The notes under the pieces were generated by a model. That model saw only the letters and a program-made list of their open reading frames with translations, was not told where the DNA came from and did no database searches. From Callorhinchus milii (taxonomy: Eukaryota): 64,000 nt of DNA. Shown here in pieces: positions 1 through 12,600 of this stretch (the stretch's first letter is position 1; each line of letters starts with the position of its first letter). The position numbers and the translations under genes are program-made. Where the stretch lies: assembly GCF_018977255.1 (NCBI RefSeq), contig NW_024704742.1:12340001-12404000 (forward strand). Direction: 5' to 3'.

Positions 1-251
1 ATCTTGAGTGATAGTTGATAATTGCTTAAATGATTACAATAATTGTTATTAGAGATATGGATGTAACCAAGCTTGTTTAAGCTTGTTTCTACCATGTGAG
101 ATAGCGTATTGGAATTTCAGACAGTAAAAAACCTCAAGATGAGCACAGACTGTAAGAGCCATCTGCCCCTTTTCAGTCACTTTTTCTTTATTTTGAATTG
201 CAAGTTTATGTTTCCTTTAGTTACCCATTAGGTGACAGCCTGGCACACTCT

Positions 252-660
252 AACAACAACTATAAATTTCATTTGCATAGCGCCATTCACATCAGGAGGA
301 TGTCCCAAGACAGTCAGGATTTGGACCCGAGCTAGGGGTTTGGATCAGGAGGGGTGAAGAGGTAGAGGTAGAAGAGTGACCGAAGGTGGGGTCGAAGAGA
401 AGGATCTTGAGATGGGCCTTGAAGGAGGCAAGGGAGTGGGTCAGGTGAAGGGACTCTGGGATGGAACTCCAAAGGGTGGAGTCAGAAAGGCCTGACGGCC
501 TATGGTGGGACAGGCCAGGTAGGGGACATGGAGCAGGCCGGAGCCAGCTGAGTGGTTAGGTCTGTATGGAGTTACGAGGTCATAGAGGTAAGGAGAAGAA
601 AGGCAGTGAAGGGCTTTGAAAGTATAGTCTCACCTCTGAGTTAGAAGATTGTGGGTCTTG
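252..660 (-). mobile_element. L2 3' fragment (diverged)
   Basis: caacaac tail, ttcacatcaggaggatgtcccaag stem-loop, ccttgaaggaggcaaggga. Confidence 0.75.
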
Positions 661-699
661 GAAGTCACATAGTCTAAGATCACATGCCAATGCAGTCCT

Positions 700-1020
700 A
701 TGTGGGGAGGGGAACTTGTATTGCCAGAGGTGCTGTCCTTCGAATGAGACATTAAACCGAGGCCCCATCTACCTGTTCAGGTTGATCCCATGGCACTATT
801 TGAAAAGAGAAGTGTGTTTCTTCCGGTGTCCTGGCCACAATTCCCAAATAAAATTGGTCGCCCACTCCATGGCTGTTTGTGGGACCCTGCTGTGCGCAAA
901 TTGACTGCCGCATTCACCCACAAAATACACATTCAATTTACACTATATCCTGTGAAGCACTTTGAGATGACTCGACGATGTGATAAGGCACTATACCAAA
1001 TGCAAGGATTATTATTATTT
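700..1020 (+). mobile_element. Older Deu-domain SINE (SacSINE1/AmnSINE-like), 5'-truncated
   Basis: gaggtgctgtccttcgaatgagacattaaaccgaggcccc...gatcccatggcactatttgaa...gctgtttgtggga. Confidence 0.8.
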
Positions 1021-3087
1021 TACATTTTAATTACTTTATCCTGGGTTTAAGACGACCTGCAGCTTTGGATTCCCCAGATTGAAGTTGCAGATTTGACTTG
1101 TGGTCTGCAAGTTGCCAACAAGTTAGGATGCTACAGTACGCTACTGCACCCTTAAGTTAGCAAGAAGAAAAGAAACAGACAGGATTTCTACTTCTGATTG
1201 TTTTTAGAGATATCATAGCTAAAGTGTGGAATGGGGAGTTGGACTCAGACTTCACAAAACATTCTTGGATGGGCCTTTGAGAGGCCCATGTGTGAGGCAT
1301 GTCAGTGAGTGTTGGCAGACCACTCAACTGTAGGGAGTGTTAGAGCCAAGCCTGACCTCTCTTCACATAACTCATACACAGCCACAAAATCAGTAGGAGC
1401 ACTGAGGGTTCTGGATCAAGGTCAGTTTAGCTTTCCCCATGCAGCTCTGACTGAGACCAGCAAACTGAGCAAAAGATTTATATTTGACCCAACAAACTCT
1501 TAGTTCATCATCTGCAACTCTATCCACTGAGCCATCAGAGCTGCAGGAAGATGTATTTTTAACTCATTGTTCCAAATACAAAAATTGCCATCATGAGCCA
1601 ATCTTTGCATCTTTTCTAATCCATCCAGAGCTCTTTAGGAGAATCAGATTTGGATATTATATTTTACATAAGATTCCATCCAATTTCTTTAGAAATTGAG
1701 AGATGTCTGTCCCTATTTTCTATAGAAGTAGTGATATAACATAGCATTCTTTTGTTTTGTTAATGTATTAGTGAAATAATTTAAATTTGTCATGGTGCTT
1801 ATGCGAAAATGTGTCATTAGTAATAATCCTTGCATTTAAAATAGTGCCTTATCACATCGTTGAGATGCCTCAAAGCGCTTCACTCTAAAGTGGATTGAGT
1901 GAATACTGTGTATTTTGGGGCGAAATGTCAGCCACTTTGGAACTCTCTCCCTCAATCTCTCTGCTTTGCCCACTCCTTCCCCATTTGCAGATCATCCCTG
2001 AAGAATTTCCTATTCGACTGTGCTTATGGTCACCTCCCCCATCCCCCAGGTGAGCATCAGGCTCCGCTATTGTTAAGCGCTCCGAGACGCTACCCTGCAT
2101 GAAGGGTGCTATATACACGCAAGTTGTTTAAAATAATAACTCAGAATAATTTTTGCATCTTATATAGAATTTTTTTTATATAGAGGCCATCTCAAAATGC
2201 TTCATCAGGATATACTGCAAAGTGTAGTGACTATACGGCCTATGAAATACAAAAAGCGTATTTTGTAGGCAATACAGACAGCAGCCATTTGCGAACCCAC
2301 AAACGTCTGACCCTGAGGCAAGAGAATTATCAATCTGATGGGTTAAAACAGATTGGGTCGTTCACTGTCATTCCCAGAATCTCTAGTTATTTAAGCTTCT
2401 TCAAGGTTAGGTCTCAAGTGGGTTGTTATAATAATGTAGAATTGTCGACTTCAGTGCAATGGTTAGTTATCTGCACTGGTGATCAGGCCTTTATATTCCT
2501 TTTGATAATTTCCAGCTCTTGATCACAATTGTGTAGGCAAAATTTGCTTCAATTTATAACTGACTTATCCAGGCTTTCAACGAAGATTGTAAAAAGGAAA
2601 ATATAACAGAGGTTACATAATAGCATTAAATGCCAATACCCTTTAGCAGAGCTTTGTGTGGAGATGTCCTCAGCCCCTGGTCATTGCAATTAGGGAGTAA
2701 AGGTACAAATCAGACTATCTGCTTCTAATCATTTTTTGGGGGTTCAGTCTGCTGTCTGACACATGTGGAAACCCATCATGCTTAAGAGTATCTAGTTGAA
2801 GTTCTGTTGCTTTGCTTGCAGTGCAAACTGGCATAAGTGTTGTTTGATATCAGGAATAGAAGATTCCATTATCTTAAGTAAAGCAGTCAGAAGGCTTGAG
2901 GACATTCCTCACTGTGATGGTCCCCTAAATAGTCATTGATTCCAGGTATGTAAAGTATTTCCTTACAAGGCTTCTATCAGGAACACAGAGAATGTTTGAG
3001 TTCCTCTGCTCACCACTCTTGCCAATCCCATAGACATAGTGCAATATCTAGAGGCATAAATCAAGAAATATCCAATCAAGAACATTT

Positions 3088-3560
3088 ATGGTAGATAATG
3101 ATTTGGGAGTACAAGTTTGCAGGGCTATGGAGTCCTGTAGCTCAGTGGTTAGAGCACTCGCTTTGCAAGCGAGAGACCTGAGTTCAATTCCAGGCAGGGC
3201 GAAACCTTGGGCAAGTTTCCTTACTCCACACGCCTAATAATAATCCCTCCAAAACCAAAAACAATAATAAATTGGTCATTTTCAATCTACGACTGTTTGT
3301 GTGACATTGCTGTGCGCAATTGGCTGCCGCGTTCGCCCACAAATATACAGTCAATTCACTTTACAGTGTGTTCTGTGAAGCACTCTGGGACGTCCTCCCG
3401 ACGTGAAAAGCGCTATATCAAATGCAAGGATTATTATTATTATTATGGGGAGAGTGCGGAGGAGTGGGATTGATTTGGATAGCTCTTTCCAAAGAGCCGG
3501 CGCAGACACAATGGGCCAAATAGCCTCCTTCTGTGCTGTATAATTCCATGATTCTATGAA
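3088..3560 (+). mobile_element. CR1 3' end interrupted by a SINE (3129-3446)
   Basis: cagggctatg|gggagagtgcgg...gggccaaatagcctccttctgtgctgt...ctatga resembles the CR1 3' UTR at 49905-50050. Confidence 0.8.
3129..3446 (+). mobile_element. tRNA-Ala-headed composite SINE, young short subfamily with L2-matching tail
   Basis: A box TAGCTCAGTGG, anticodon arm CTCGC-TTTGCAA-GCGAG, B box GTTCAATTCC, Deu-like 3' body, (TTA)n tail. Confidence 0.93.
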
Positions 3561-5440
3561 CATTTACCTTGTTGGTCGACCATAAAGGTTGGCCATCACT
3601 GATTTAAAAGTTTTACCTCTCAACTCTAGAGATTGCAGAAATTCTGAATGGAAAGAAAAATGATCAACCCAACTACCCATTTTGTGTACTAGACGGAATT
3701 GCATACACATTCTCGGGAAACTACTTTCATTATTCATTACTGTTACTCAAGATTGATATTTTTCAAAAGGGTCATTGACTAACAACAACATCAAAATTAC
3801 ATTTATAGAGCGCCTTTCACGTTGGGAGGACGTCCAGTCAGGTGTCGGTGGTGTAGGGGTGAGGGAAGGCAGAAAGGTGGGAGGGTGACCAAAGGTACGA
3901 TCGAAGAGAAGGGTCTTGAGACCAGCCTTGAAGGAGGCAAGGGAGGAAGCGAGGTGAAGGGACCGTGGGATGGAATTTAGGTGCCCAAGCAGTCCCTCCT
4001 CAACTCAAGTGATGACCATTTCAACTTTCATGGGTGCTCATTCCAACTCATAGATCCTATGTGGAACCTTGGAGGTTTGTTCAAACCTCAACTCTCCTTG
4101 AAAATTTTAATCTTGGCTTTTGCCATTCTGCGCCTAATACTGTCTGGAATTAGCTAAGCAAGATGCATCCCACTATATAATAATTACGTAAGCAAGATGC
4201 ATCAACACTATATAATAATAATCCTTGCATTTGATGCATAAATATAAATGTAACCTGTTGTTGTTGATCGCCCAGAAATCCACAGCCAGGACACTTGTGT
4301 ATCGCTCAATCCCACTCGAGAGGTGTTTAGACCTTTCACTTTCCTGCTTGGTGTGCAACTCAGTTTATTAAACGTTTTGAAGTGTTCTTTTATTTGAAAG
4401 ATTCTTTATAAATGTAAGTTTTAGTGTATTCAAGATATTGATTTCAGTCAACGGAATATATATCCATACATGTAGGGTTTATTAAATAGTGTATGTCAAT
4501 TCTTAAATAAAATTTAATAATAATGATAATCGTTACATTTGGTGAATTTGGTTATAGTGCTTTTTACGTCAGAGAATGTCCCAAATCACTTCACAGGACA
4601 TAATGTAAAGAGCAGTGTTTTGTTTTGTTGGTGAACATGGTAGTTAATTTTGCACATGGCAATGTACCAAAACAGTAATGAAGTGAATGATCAATAGTTT
4701 ACTGAGAGTTTACATTTTATTTTTCATGTTTACATGTCACACAGCTTTGATGAGTGCTGGGGGAATTATATTCAACATTGTATACATCGAAACTCCCTTG
4801 AGTTCCTCAAATAATAATAATTAAATTCCAAATCAATGATTTGGGAATTTAAATTTTGGTAAATCTAGGCAAAACCCATATTTGCATTTTTTATAAAAAA
4901 TTCATGATGTTGTTTCAAAGTAATGTGATCTAATCTTTCATGTTCTGATCACTTTTTACAGTATAAGTAATCTAATTTCTTGACTATTGCATTATTATAT
5001 GTAGGGCGAAATGTTGGGCAAGTTTCCTTACTCTACACACGCACCTCTGTTTACCAAGCAGTAAGTAGGAACCCGCTTGTTAGTTGATTGGCAGATTGCT
5101 TTTCCGGGGTACTAATTCCTTAAAAAAAAATTGGTCACTCAATCCACGACTGTTTGTGGGACACTGCTATGTGCAATTGGCAATATCCAGCACTGATATT
5201 CCTACCCTTTTGAGGCCAATTAAATAAATACCAATACCCAATAATAAATGTCTTGGGGAGAGGAGGGATAGATTAAATAACAAAATGTTCCTTGGGTTCA
5301 GTACACTCCAGAGAGGCATGTCTATTGATGTTTGCAGTCATCCAAGATATTGTCAATGGTTTTACCTGTCACTCTGACACTTGTAAGCAGTCCTAGCTGG
5401 ACAGGCAATGTGCCTTACAGATATGATTCCCTTTTCAATG

Positions 5441-5750
5441 TAAAATACAATACAAATTACATTTGTATAGCGGCATTCACACTGGGATACGTCACAAGGT
5501 GCTGGGCAGTCACAGATTTGGATCCGAGCTGGGGAGGGTGAAGGGCAGAGAGGGTAGAAGGGTGGCCGAAGGCACGGTCGAAGAGGAGGGACTTGAGTCA
5601 TGCCTTGAAGGAGACAAGGTGAAGGGAATGTGAGATGGAGTTCCGTAGGGTGGGGGCAGAAAAGCTGCCCATTGGGGCCCAGCCGCCAATGGTGGAGCGG
5701 GCCAGGAGGGGGGCGTGGAGCAGACCAGAACCTGCTGAGCGAACAGGTAG
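5441..5750 (-). mobile_element. L2 3' fragment (diverged)
   Basis: ttacatttgtatagcg tail and ggcacggtcgaagagg. Confidence 0.7.
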
Positions 5751-6210
5751 AATAGCTATAATGAGTAATAGCTTTTTTCCTCACTTTTCTCAAGAATTCT
5801 GAGTGAGGTAGAGAGCAGGTTAGACTGCACAATCATGCGTGATTCTTTCTCTGCAGGCATCTAGTTTTCTTTTCTTGTGTAATATTTTCATTTCAATAAA
5901 ATTATTGATATCTACATAGCCCGGTGATGTTCACGACCGAATGCAATATCACTGGTGCATGTAATTAACAACAACAACTTGCATTTATTAGTCAGATTTT
6001 GTTTGAAACTTGCGGCAGTAAAGTTGGTAATGTACCTGCTCTTCATGGAGACTTGTGAATTTGTGAATATATTTGTTTTATAATGCAAAATAATTTATTT
6101 GTCATTTTTGAAACATAATGGGGATTTTTTTAAAAAATTGAATACACTCTTTTGAATGTCTTCCCTTACAGTTGCAATTGAGGTAGAGTAGTGAGATGGA
6201 TTATGTGGTC

Positions 6211-6381
6211 AAAACACAAAATACTGCAGATGCTGGAATCTGAAACAAAAACCGAGAGAGTTGGGAAAACCCAGCAGCCTCTGTGGAGAAAGGAAAGTGA
6301 GTCGACTCACTTTTGAGTTTGACTCACTTTCTCCATAGAGACCTGACCTGCTGAATTTTCCCAACTCTCTTTGTTTTTGTT
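6211..6381. repeat. Palindromic (foldback) interspersed repeat
   Basis: aaatactgcagatgctggaatctgaaacaaaaac start; arms gagagttgggaaaa...ctctgtggagaaa pair with tttctccatagag...ttttcccaactctc. Confidence 0.8.
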
Positions 6382-6639
6382 GGAGTATGTGGTTCTTTGC
6401 TGGATAGTCTCTCATTTTGTTTTCGACACCTTAATCAACTGCTCAGCATGTTTGGATCAATCACCTTTAATAGTTACTTTCATTCATAATTTTTTCTGTC
6501 ATTTATCCCATGCCACAGGATGCAAAGTAATAGAATTTAGTTGAAATCAAACACAAGGATAAATCGTTTTGCTCTGCATAATCAGTTTAACTGTACAGCT
6601 CTGTGCTGAACCAAAGCATAATTTCTGTTTCTTTTTCAG

Positions 6640-6697
6640 GATGATGATGTATCCGATGAGGGCATCGGCAGTGACAGTGGACCTAATGACCTTGCAG
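6640..6697 (+). CDS. ABCA1-like: ABCA1-like exon (58 nt): [19 protein letters not shown]
   Basis: ttttcag|GAT...GCAG|gtgagc; resembles ABCA1 SDAGLGSD; phase fits the next exon. Confidence 0.82.
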
Positions 6698-9600
6698 GTG
6701 AGCTTCCCGTAAAACAGTATTAAATAACAACTAACCTCATGGTGAATATGTGTAATAGATTACCTGAGCAGTGGCAGAGAGGATTGCTGAACTTGTTGAA
6801 CAATTCAATTGAGTGGTGAGAGAGAGAAAGAAAACGCAGTGTCGTATAGGAAGACTTTTCCAATTCCTGCACATTCCTAGGTTTCTAATTTCTTGCAGCT
6901 CTCTCTCACAGTTAATGGTTCCATTTTAAACAGAAATGAGAAGAATACAGATTAGGTTAATGAGCATCTGAAAGGACAATTATGTGTTAACACTTTTGGT
7001 TAACGCACAATTGTGAAGAGGTGCCATTAAGTTTCTCTCTCTCCCCATTTGTATTTCAGATCCCCATCATTTTCTTTCTTCATTATTGCACATAATTCCT
7101 TGCAATGCAAATGCTGACCAATCTTGATCTGTAGAATTAAAATATTTCATATTTTCTGAAATTTTATGAAACATGCTATTCATATTATTTTCATATTAAA
7201 AATTACATATTTTAATGTGAAAATATAATAGTAGCGACATGTTTCATATCTTAATATAAAAAAGCACAAGTGCCATCCTCATGAATACCTTCCATTCCTT
7301 CCATAGGGTTGATATCCTTCCTAAAGCGGAGCACTGATATAAAACGTGGCTTCACCAATGATTTGTACATATTTTACATGATCTCTATGGTTTTATATTT
7401 TACACTCTTCATTAAAGCTAGAATTCAGTTAGTTTCTTAGTACAGCTTTGACCACTTCCACTGTGTGTACATTAAAAATTTAGCCTCTAAATCCAGATTA
7501 TTTATATATATATTAATAATCCTTGAATTTGATACAGCGACTTATCACGTCTTTGAGACATCTCAAAGCACTTCACAGAATATACTGTAAAGTGTATTGA
7601 CTGTGTATTTTGTGGGCGAAACTCGGCAACCGAGATGTCAAAAAACAGAAAACCATACTAACTGAATCGAAAAGCAGTGCATCAACGGAAAACTCCTTTA
7701 CAAACAAATCTATTGCAGTTGTTTAACTGAAATGTACGTGTTGCATTTCCCTGCTGTCATGCAGGCTGGTAGGAGTGATTACAGCAACAACAAGATTACA
7801 TTTGTATAGCGCCTTTCATGTCGGGAGGAAGTCTCAAAGCGCGGATTATGGGTGTAGCCTTATCTCATCTTAAATGGGGAGGAACTAATACTTAAAAGGT
7901 ACTGATTTTCTGTAACTCATAACATAACATGTAGGCGCAGGAGTAGGCCATTCGGCCCTTCGAGCCTGTCCTGCCATTCAATCATGGCTGATCTTCTAAT
8001 CTAACTCCAGCGAATAACCTGACACAGCCTTAAAACTCTTTTTGTTTTTTTTGTTCGCTTTAATTTCCTTATTCATTTCAGGTGAAAATGCTATTACAGG
8101 ATTGATCATGAAGCATGTACCCGAGGCTCAGTTTGTTGAGAGTATTGGCCAAGAGATGACATATATTTTGCCATACGAAGGGGCAGGTGATGGAAGTTTT
8201 GCTGAACTGTTTAAAAATTTAGATTTGGAGCTCCAGAGATTCGGTATCTCAAGCTACGGGATTTCAGATACTACACTTGAAGAGGTATTCTTTCATTGAA
8301 ACATTGCTTTCTTTGTTACTACTACTGCTTCAACTTGCATTTATACAGCGCCCTTCACGTGGGGTAGTAGTATCCCAGAGCTCTTCACAGTGGCTGAGTC
8401 TGACCCTAAGCCAGGGGGAGATAATAATAATAATAATAATAATAATCCTTGCATTTGATATAGCGCTTTTCACGTCGGGAGGACGTTCCAAAGCGCTTCA
8501 CAGAACACACTGTAAAGTGAATTGACTGTATATTTGTGGGCGAACGCGGCAGCCAATTGCGCACAGCAATGTCCCACAAACAGTCATGGATTGAAAATGA
8601 CCAATTTATTATTGTTTTTGGTTTTGGAGGGATTATTATTAGGCTCTGTGTGGAGTAAGGAAACTTGCCCAAGGTTTCGCCCTGCCTGGAATTGAACTCA
8701 GGTCTCTAGCTTGCAAAGCGAGTGCTCAACCACTGAGCTACAGGACTCCACAAATGGAGTGGGGGGTGGGGGGGTAACTTAAGTACAAACAAAAAGGAAG
8801 GTCCTTAGGTGGGATTTGAAGATGGGGAAGGAGGGGGCAAGGTGGAGGGATTGAGGGACAGGGTTCCGGAGTTCCTGGGCGTAGTGACTGAAGGCATGGC
8901 CACCGATGGTGGAACGGAGGGCACAAGGGACAAACAGGAGGTTGGAGCCAGCTGAGTGGAGGCAGCAGGTGGGGAATGGGGGTAAGCAGGTCGAAGAGGT
9001 AGGGAGGTGTGAGGGAATGATATGATTTTAAAATGAGTGAGAGTATCTTCAATTGTTAGAAGATGGGGGGGTTCCCAAATTCTTTGTAATAAATCAGCAC
9101 TAAAACACTCTTGTAGCACCAACAGGTGTTTCATTTTAACATAGCAGCCGAGTCACAAAATTGATGCCTCCAGCATGGCACCATAGTCAGTTAGTATCAT
9201 AATTGGATAATGCCTCCTCTGAGCTCATATCATTTCTTTGAGCTAGGAAATAGCCTGGTGAAGAAGCAAATGGGAGAAAGTAGATAGAAAAAACCAAAAG
9301 CTCTGCTACCATCAGATCCAAATGACTGCTGGGGAATCTCTCTAAGCTCCGTGAAGCAATTTGAGACATCCACCTGAGATGAAGGCGTAATATAAGTCTA
9401 AAGTGTTGTTGTTCTACGTTGACTTTGACTTCAGAAATCCCAAGTTTTAGAAATCGACAAAATTGATCAAAAGCTTCAATCCTCCCTTGAAATCTGGGAA
9501 CACAAGACTCTTCTTATGTGTCCATATACTGCTAAACAACAGGCCATACGGCTTTTTCATCCTCTCAAGGAGATGCAAGAAGATTCTCCCTAGCTTTCCA

Positions 9601-12600
9601 ATATGATTACAAACTTATTAATGTGTACACCATTTGGAAGTGTAATGTGGTGGTGCATTTTCTGTCATATTTTGCCTTTGAGTGACTGTCATTTTCCTTT
9701 TAACAGATTTTTTTGAAAGTGGCAGAAGATACTGGTGTGGACACATTAATGCCAGGTATGAAGTATGGCAAGAGTTGAGCAGATTTGAAGAAATGCCATT
9801 GAACATGATTTGTAAAAGACTGGACACAAATTCTTTGAAATCAGCTTAAATCATATCAGGTCTTCGAGACGTCTGAAAGCGCTTCACAGAATATACTGTA
9901 AAGTGAATTGACTGTATTTTTCATAGGTTAAAAATGGCAGCCAATTGCGCACAGTAGTGTCCCACAAACAGCCATGGATTGAGTGACCACATTATTATTT
10001 TTTGAATGGATTACTCCCCCCGGAAAAGCGATCCACCAATCGACTGACGACCGGGTTCCTACTTACTGCTGGGTAAACAGAGGCATGTGGAGTAAGGAAA
10101 CTTGCCCAATGTTTCACCCTGCCAAGACTAATACCCAGGTCCTCTCTTTTGCAAGTCGAGCACTGCAACCACTATGCTACAGGACTTGTTTGTGGTTCAC
10201 AACCCAGAACCAACACCCTCTTATAACCTTAATATCTAAACTATTTTTTCTGGGTTTAGGTTCACTGTCTCATTTAGATTCTTGTATTCCTCTTTCTTGG
10301 TTCCTCTCCTGTGAAGTGGAGTATTTTCCAGATTCCAGTATTATGCTGTATGCTAACATCTGATTTCAGAGCTCTGACAATATGCCACTTAATACATACA
10401 CACATAAACAGCAACAACAAAATTACATGTGTATAGCGCCTTTCACATCGGGAGCTGGGGGTTGGCATGGGGGGAGGGTGGAGAGCGGGAGGGAAGCAGG
10501 GAGGGTCTTGAGGTGGGTCTTGAAGGTGGTGAGGGAGGAGACGAGACGGTGGGACTACGGGATGGAGTTCCAGAGGATGGGTTCAGAGTGGAGGAATATA
10601 AAATAATATGAAATATTATAAAATACTCAAATTGGGTGATAGTTGTCATTGGTGTCAGGAGTACTTATATCACCAGTACTTCAATAACATCAAAATGACT
10701 TTGTTTTGCCTTCATGGATGTTCACAAGATCACTTGAGAACTTTCAAAGAACCATTGAGTGGAGCTGTCATAGGTTCATAGGTTCACACACTCTGTGTTT
10801 ATACTGCAAATAAAACTGCTTCTGAAACTATCTTGTCTGAGTGCTGGTAAGAATCCAGGCTCCATCACAATTCATGATACCCATTTATTCTGCATGTTTC
10901 ATATCAATCGCATAGCACAATGTAGTTCTTGGCCCAGCAAAAGTTGAACTGTGTTGTTCTTGCTTCTGTGTTGCTTGGTTTAAGAAAGTACAAAATTCTC
11001 CCAAAATAGCAACAATGCGGTTCAATGTTATTTAAGTCCAACATAAAACTTAATGCTATTATTTGCTTCTTGAATTTCTCTAGATCTAACGAGCCAGATT
11101 TAAGCACTCTTGAGACTCTACCCATGGGAACAACAATAAAAAAACAACTTGCACTTTTATAGCACCCTCCACGCAGGGTAGCATTTCAGAGCACTTAACA
11201 GTGGCAAAGCCTGACTCCGAGTCTGCGGGGGATGGGTTGGGGGGGTGTTGGGGCAGGGAGGTGGCTGTAAGCACGGTTGAAGAGAAAGGTTTTCAGGCGG
11301 GACTTGATAAAGATCACCTTCCTCCCCTCCACCACATTGCCCGTCTCCAACCGTACCTTACCCCAAATGCAGACGAAACCCTTGTGCAAGCGCTTGTCAC
11401 CTCCCGCCTGGATTACTCAAACACACTTCTTGCCGCTCCACTATTCAAAAAATCCAGCTCATTCAAAATACTGCCGCCAGTATACTGACCTAAACAAACT
11501 CCGTACCCACATCTCACCAGTTCTGGCCAGGCTCCACTGGCTCCCCATCACCGAAAGGATCGACTTCAAGATCCTCACTCTTGTGTTCAAATCCATTCAC
11601 TCCCTATCACCTCCCTATCTTTCCGACCTCCTCACTCCCAATCCACCACCCAGCGCCTCCACTCGACTGGCACCGGCCTCCTGCTTGTCCCTCACACTCT
11701 CTGCCCCACCATCGGAGATTGCGCTTTCAGACACTACGCCCCCAAAATCTGGAACACTCTCACTCAATCCCTCCACCTTACCCCCTCTCTCCCCTTTTTC
11801 AAGTCCCGCCTTAAAGCCTTCCTCTTCGACCGTGCTTACAGTTACCTCTTCTCCCCCCCGACAGGATCCACCATTGTTAAGTGCTCTGAGACACTGCACT
11901 GCATGGGGGGCACTATATAGGTGCAAGTTGTTATTGTAAAGTGAATTGACTGTATACTTTGTGGGTGAAATGTGGCAGCTAATTACGCAGAGCAGTGTCC
12001 CACAAACCGTCATAGATTGAGTGACCAATTTATTTTTTAAAAATATAATCACATTGTTTTCCATATAATGTACATGAAATGTTAGTTTTTTACACCTTTG
12101 TGGACAGCTGTGGAGTTCAATATTCAGATCAATGATGTTATATTGTATAACAGTACAACACGATTGGAAGATTATTCATATTTACAATATTTACTACCCA
12201 CTTGCCAATATATTGCAAAAAAATTCCCAATATTCTATGAAATCCAATTATTGCCAATTTCCAATCTCATTGAGCACAAATACTGCTGAATACCTATGGA
12301 ACTTTGAAAGACTTCTTTAAAATAAAAGGTTACCTTTGCTAAAACAAGTCAGCAAATGTTGCTGCTACATCAAACACACCAGTATAATATTGTAAATCAA
12401 CAGGGAGCTCTGCAGCAGCACACCTGTGTAAGTCAGCATGCAGTGGCACCATAACAGTAAGTCTTGTTGGTCATCAAATATAAGAGAAGAGTTACATCTA
12501 TTATCAATCTCTGGATGTTAACAGACAAGCAGTAGCACAGCCATAAAGTATTCTCCTGGTCCTGTTTTAGCAAAGGTAAAAAGTCAAACATACAGGTGGA

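Noticed and set aside
3129..3201. tRNA-Ala(TGC)-like cloverleaf (also near 8749, 28476, 30653, 48822)
   Set aside because: Always fused to the same SINE body and tail, with an imperfect T arm and acceptor stem; these are SINE heads, not tRNA genes.
3207..3473. Recurrent ORFs MGKFPYS...KCKDYYY (also 8406, 28642, 30370)
   Set aside because: Chance reading frames through SINE copies.
1..6639. Upstream NBD1 exon (expected GRTIILSTHHMDEAD...)
   Set aside because: Not found by eye; it probably lies before the window, so this region is treated as intron.
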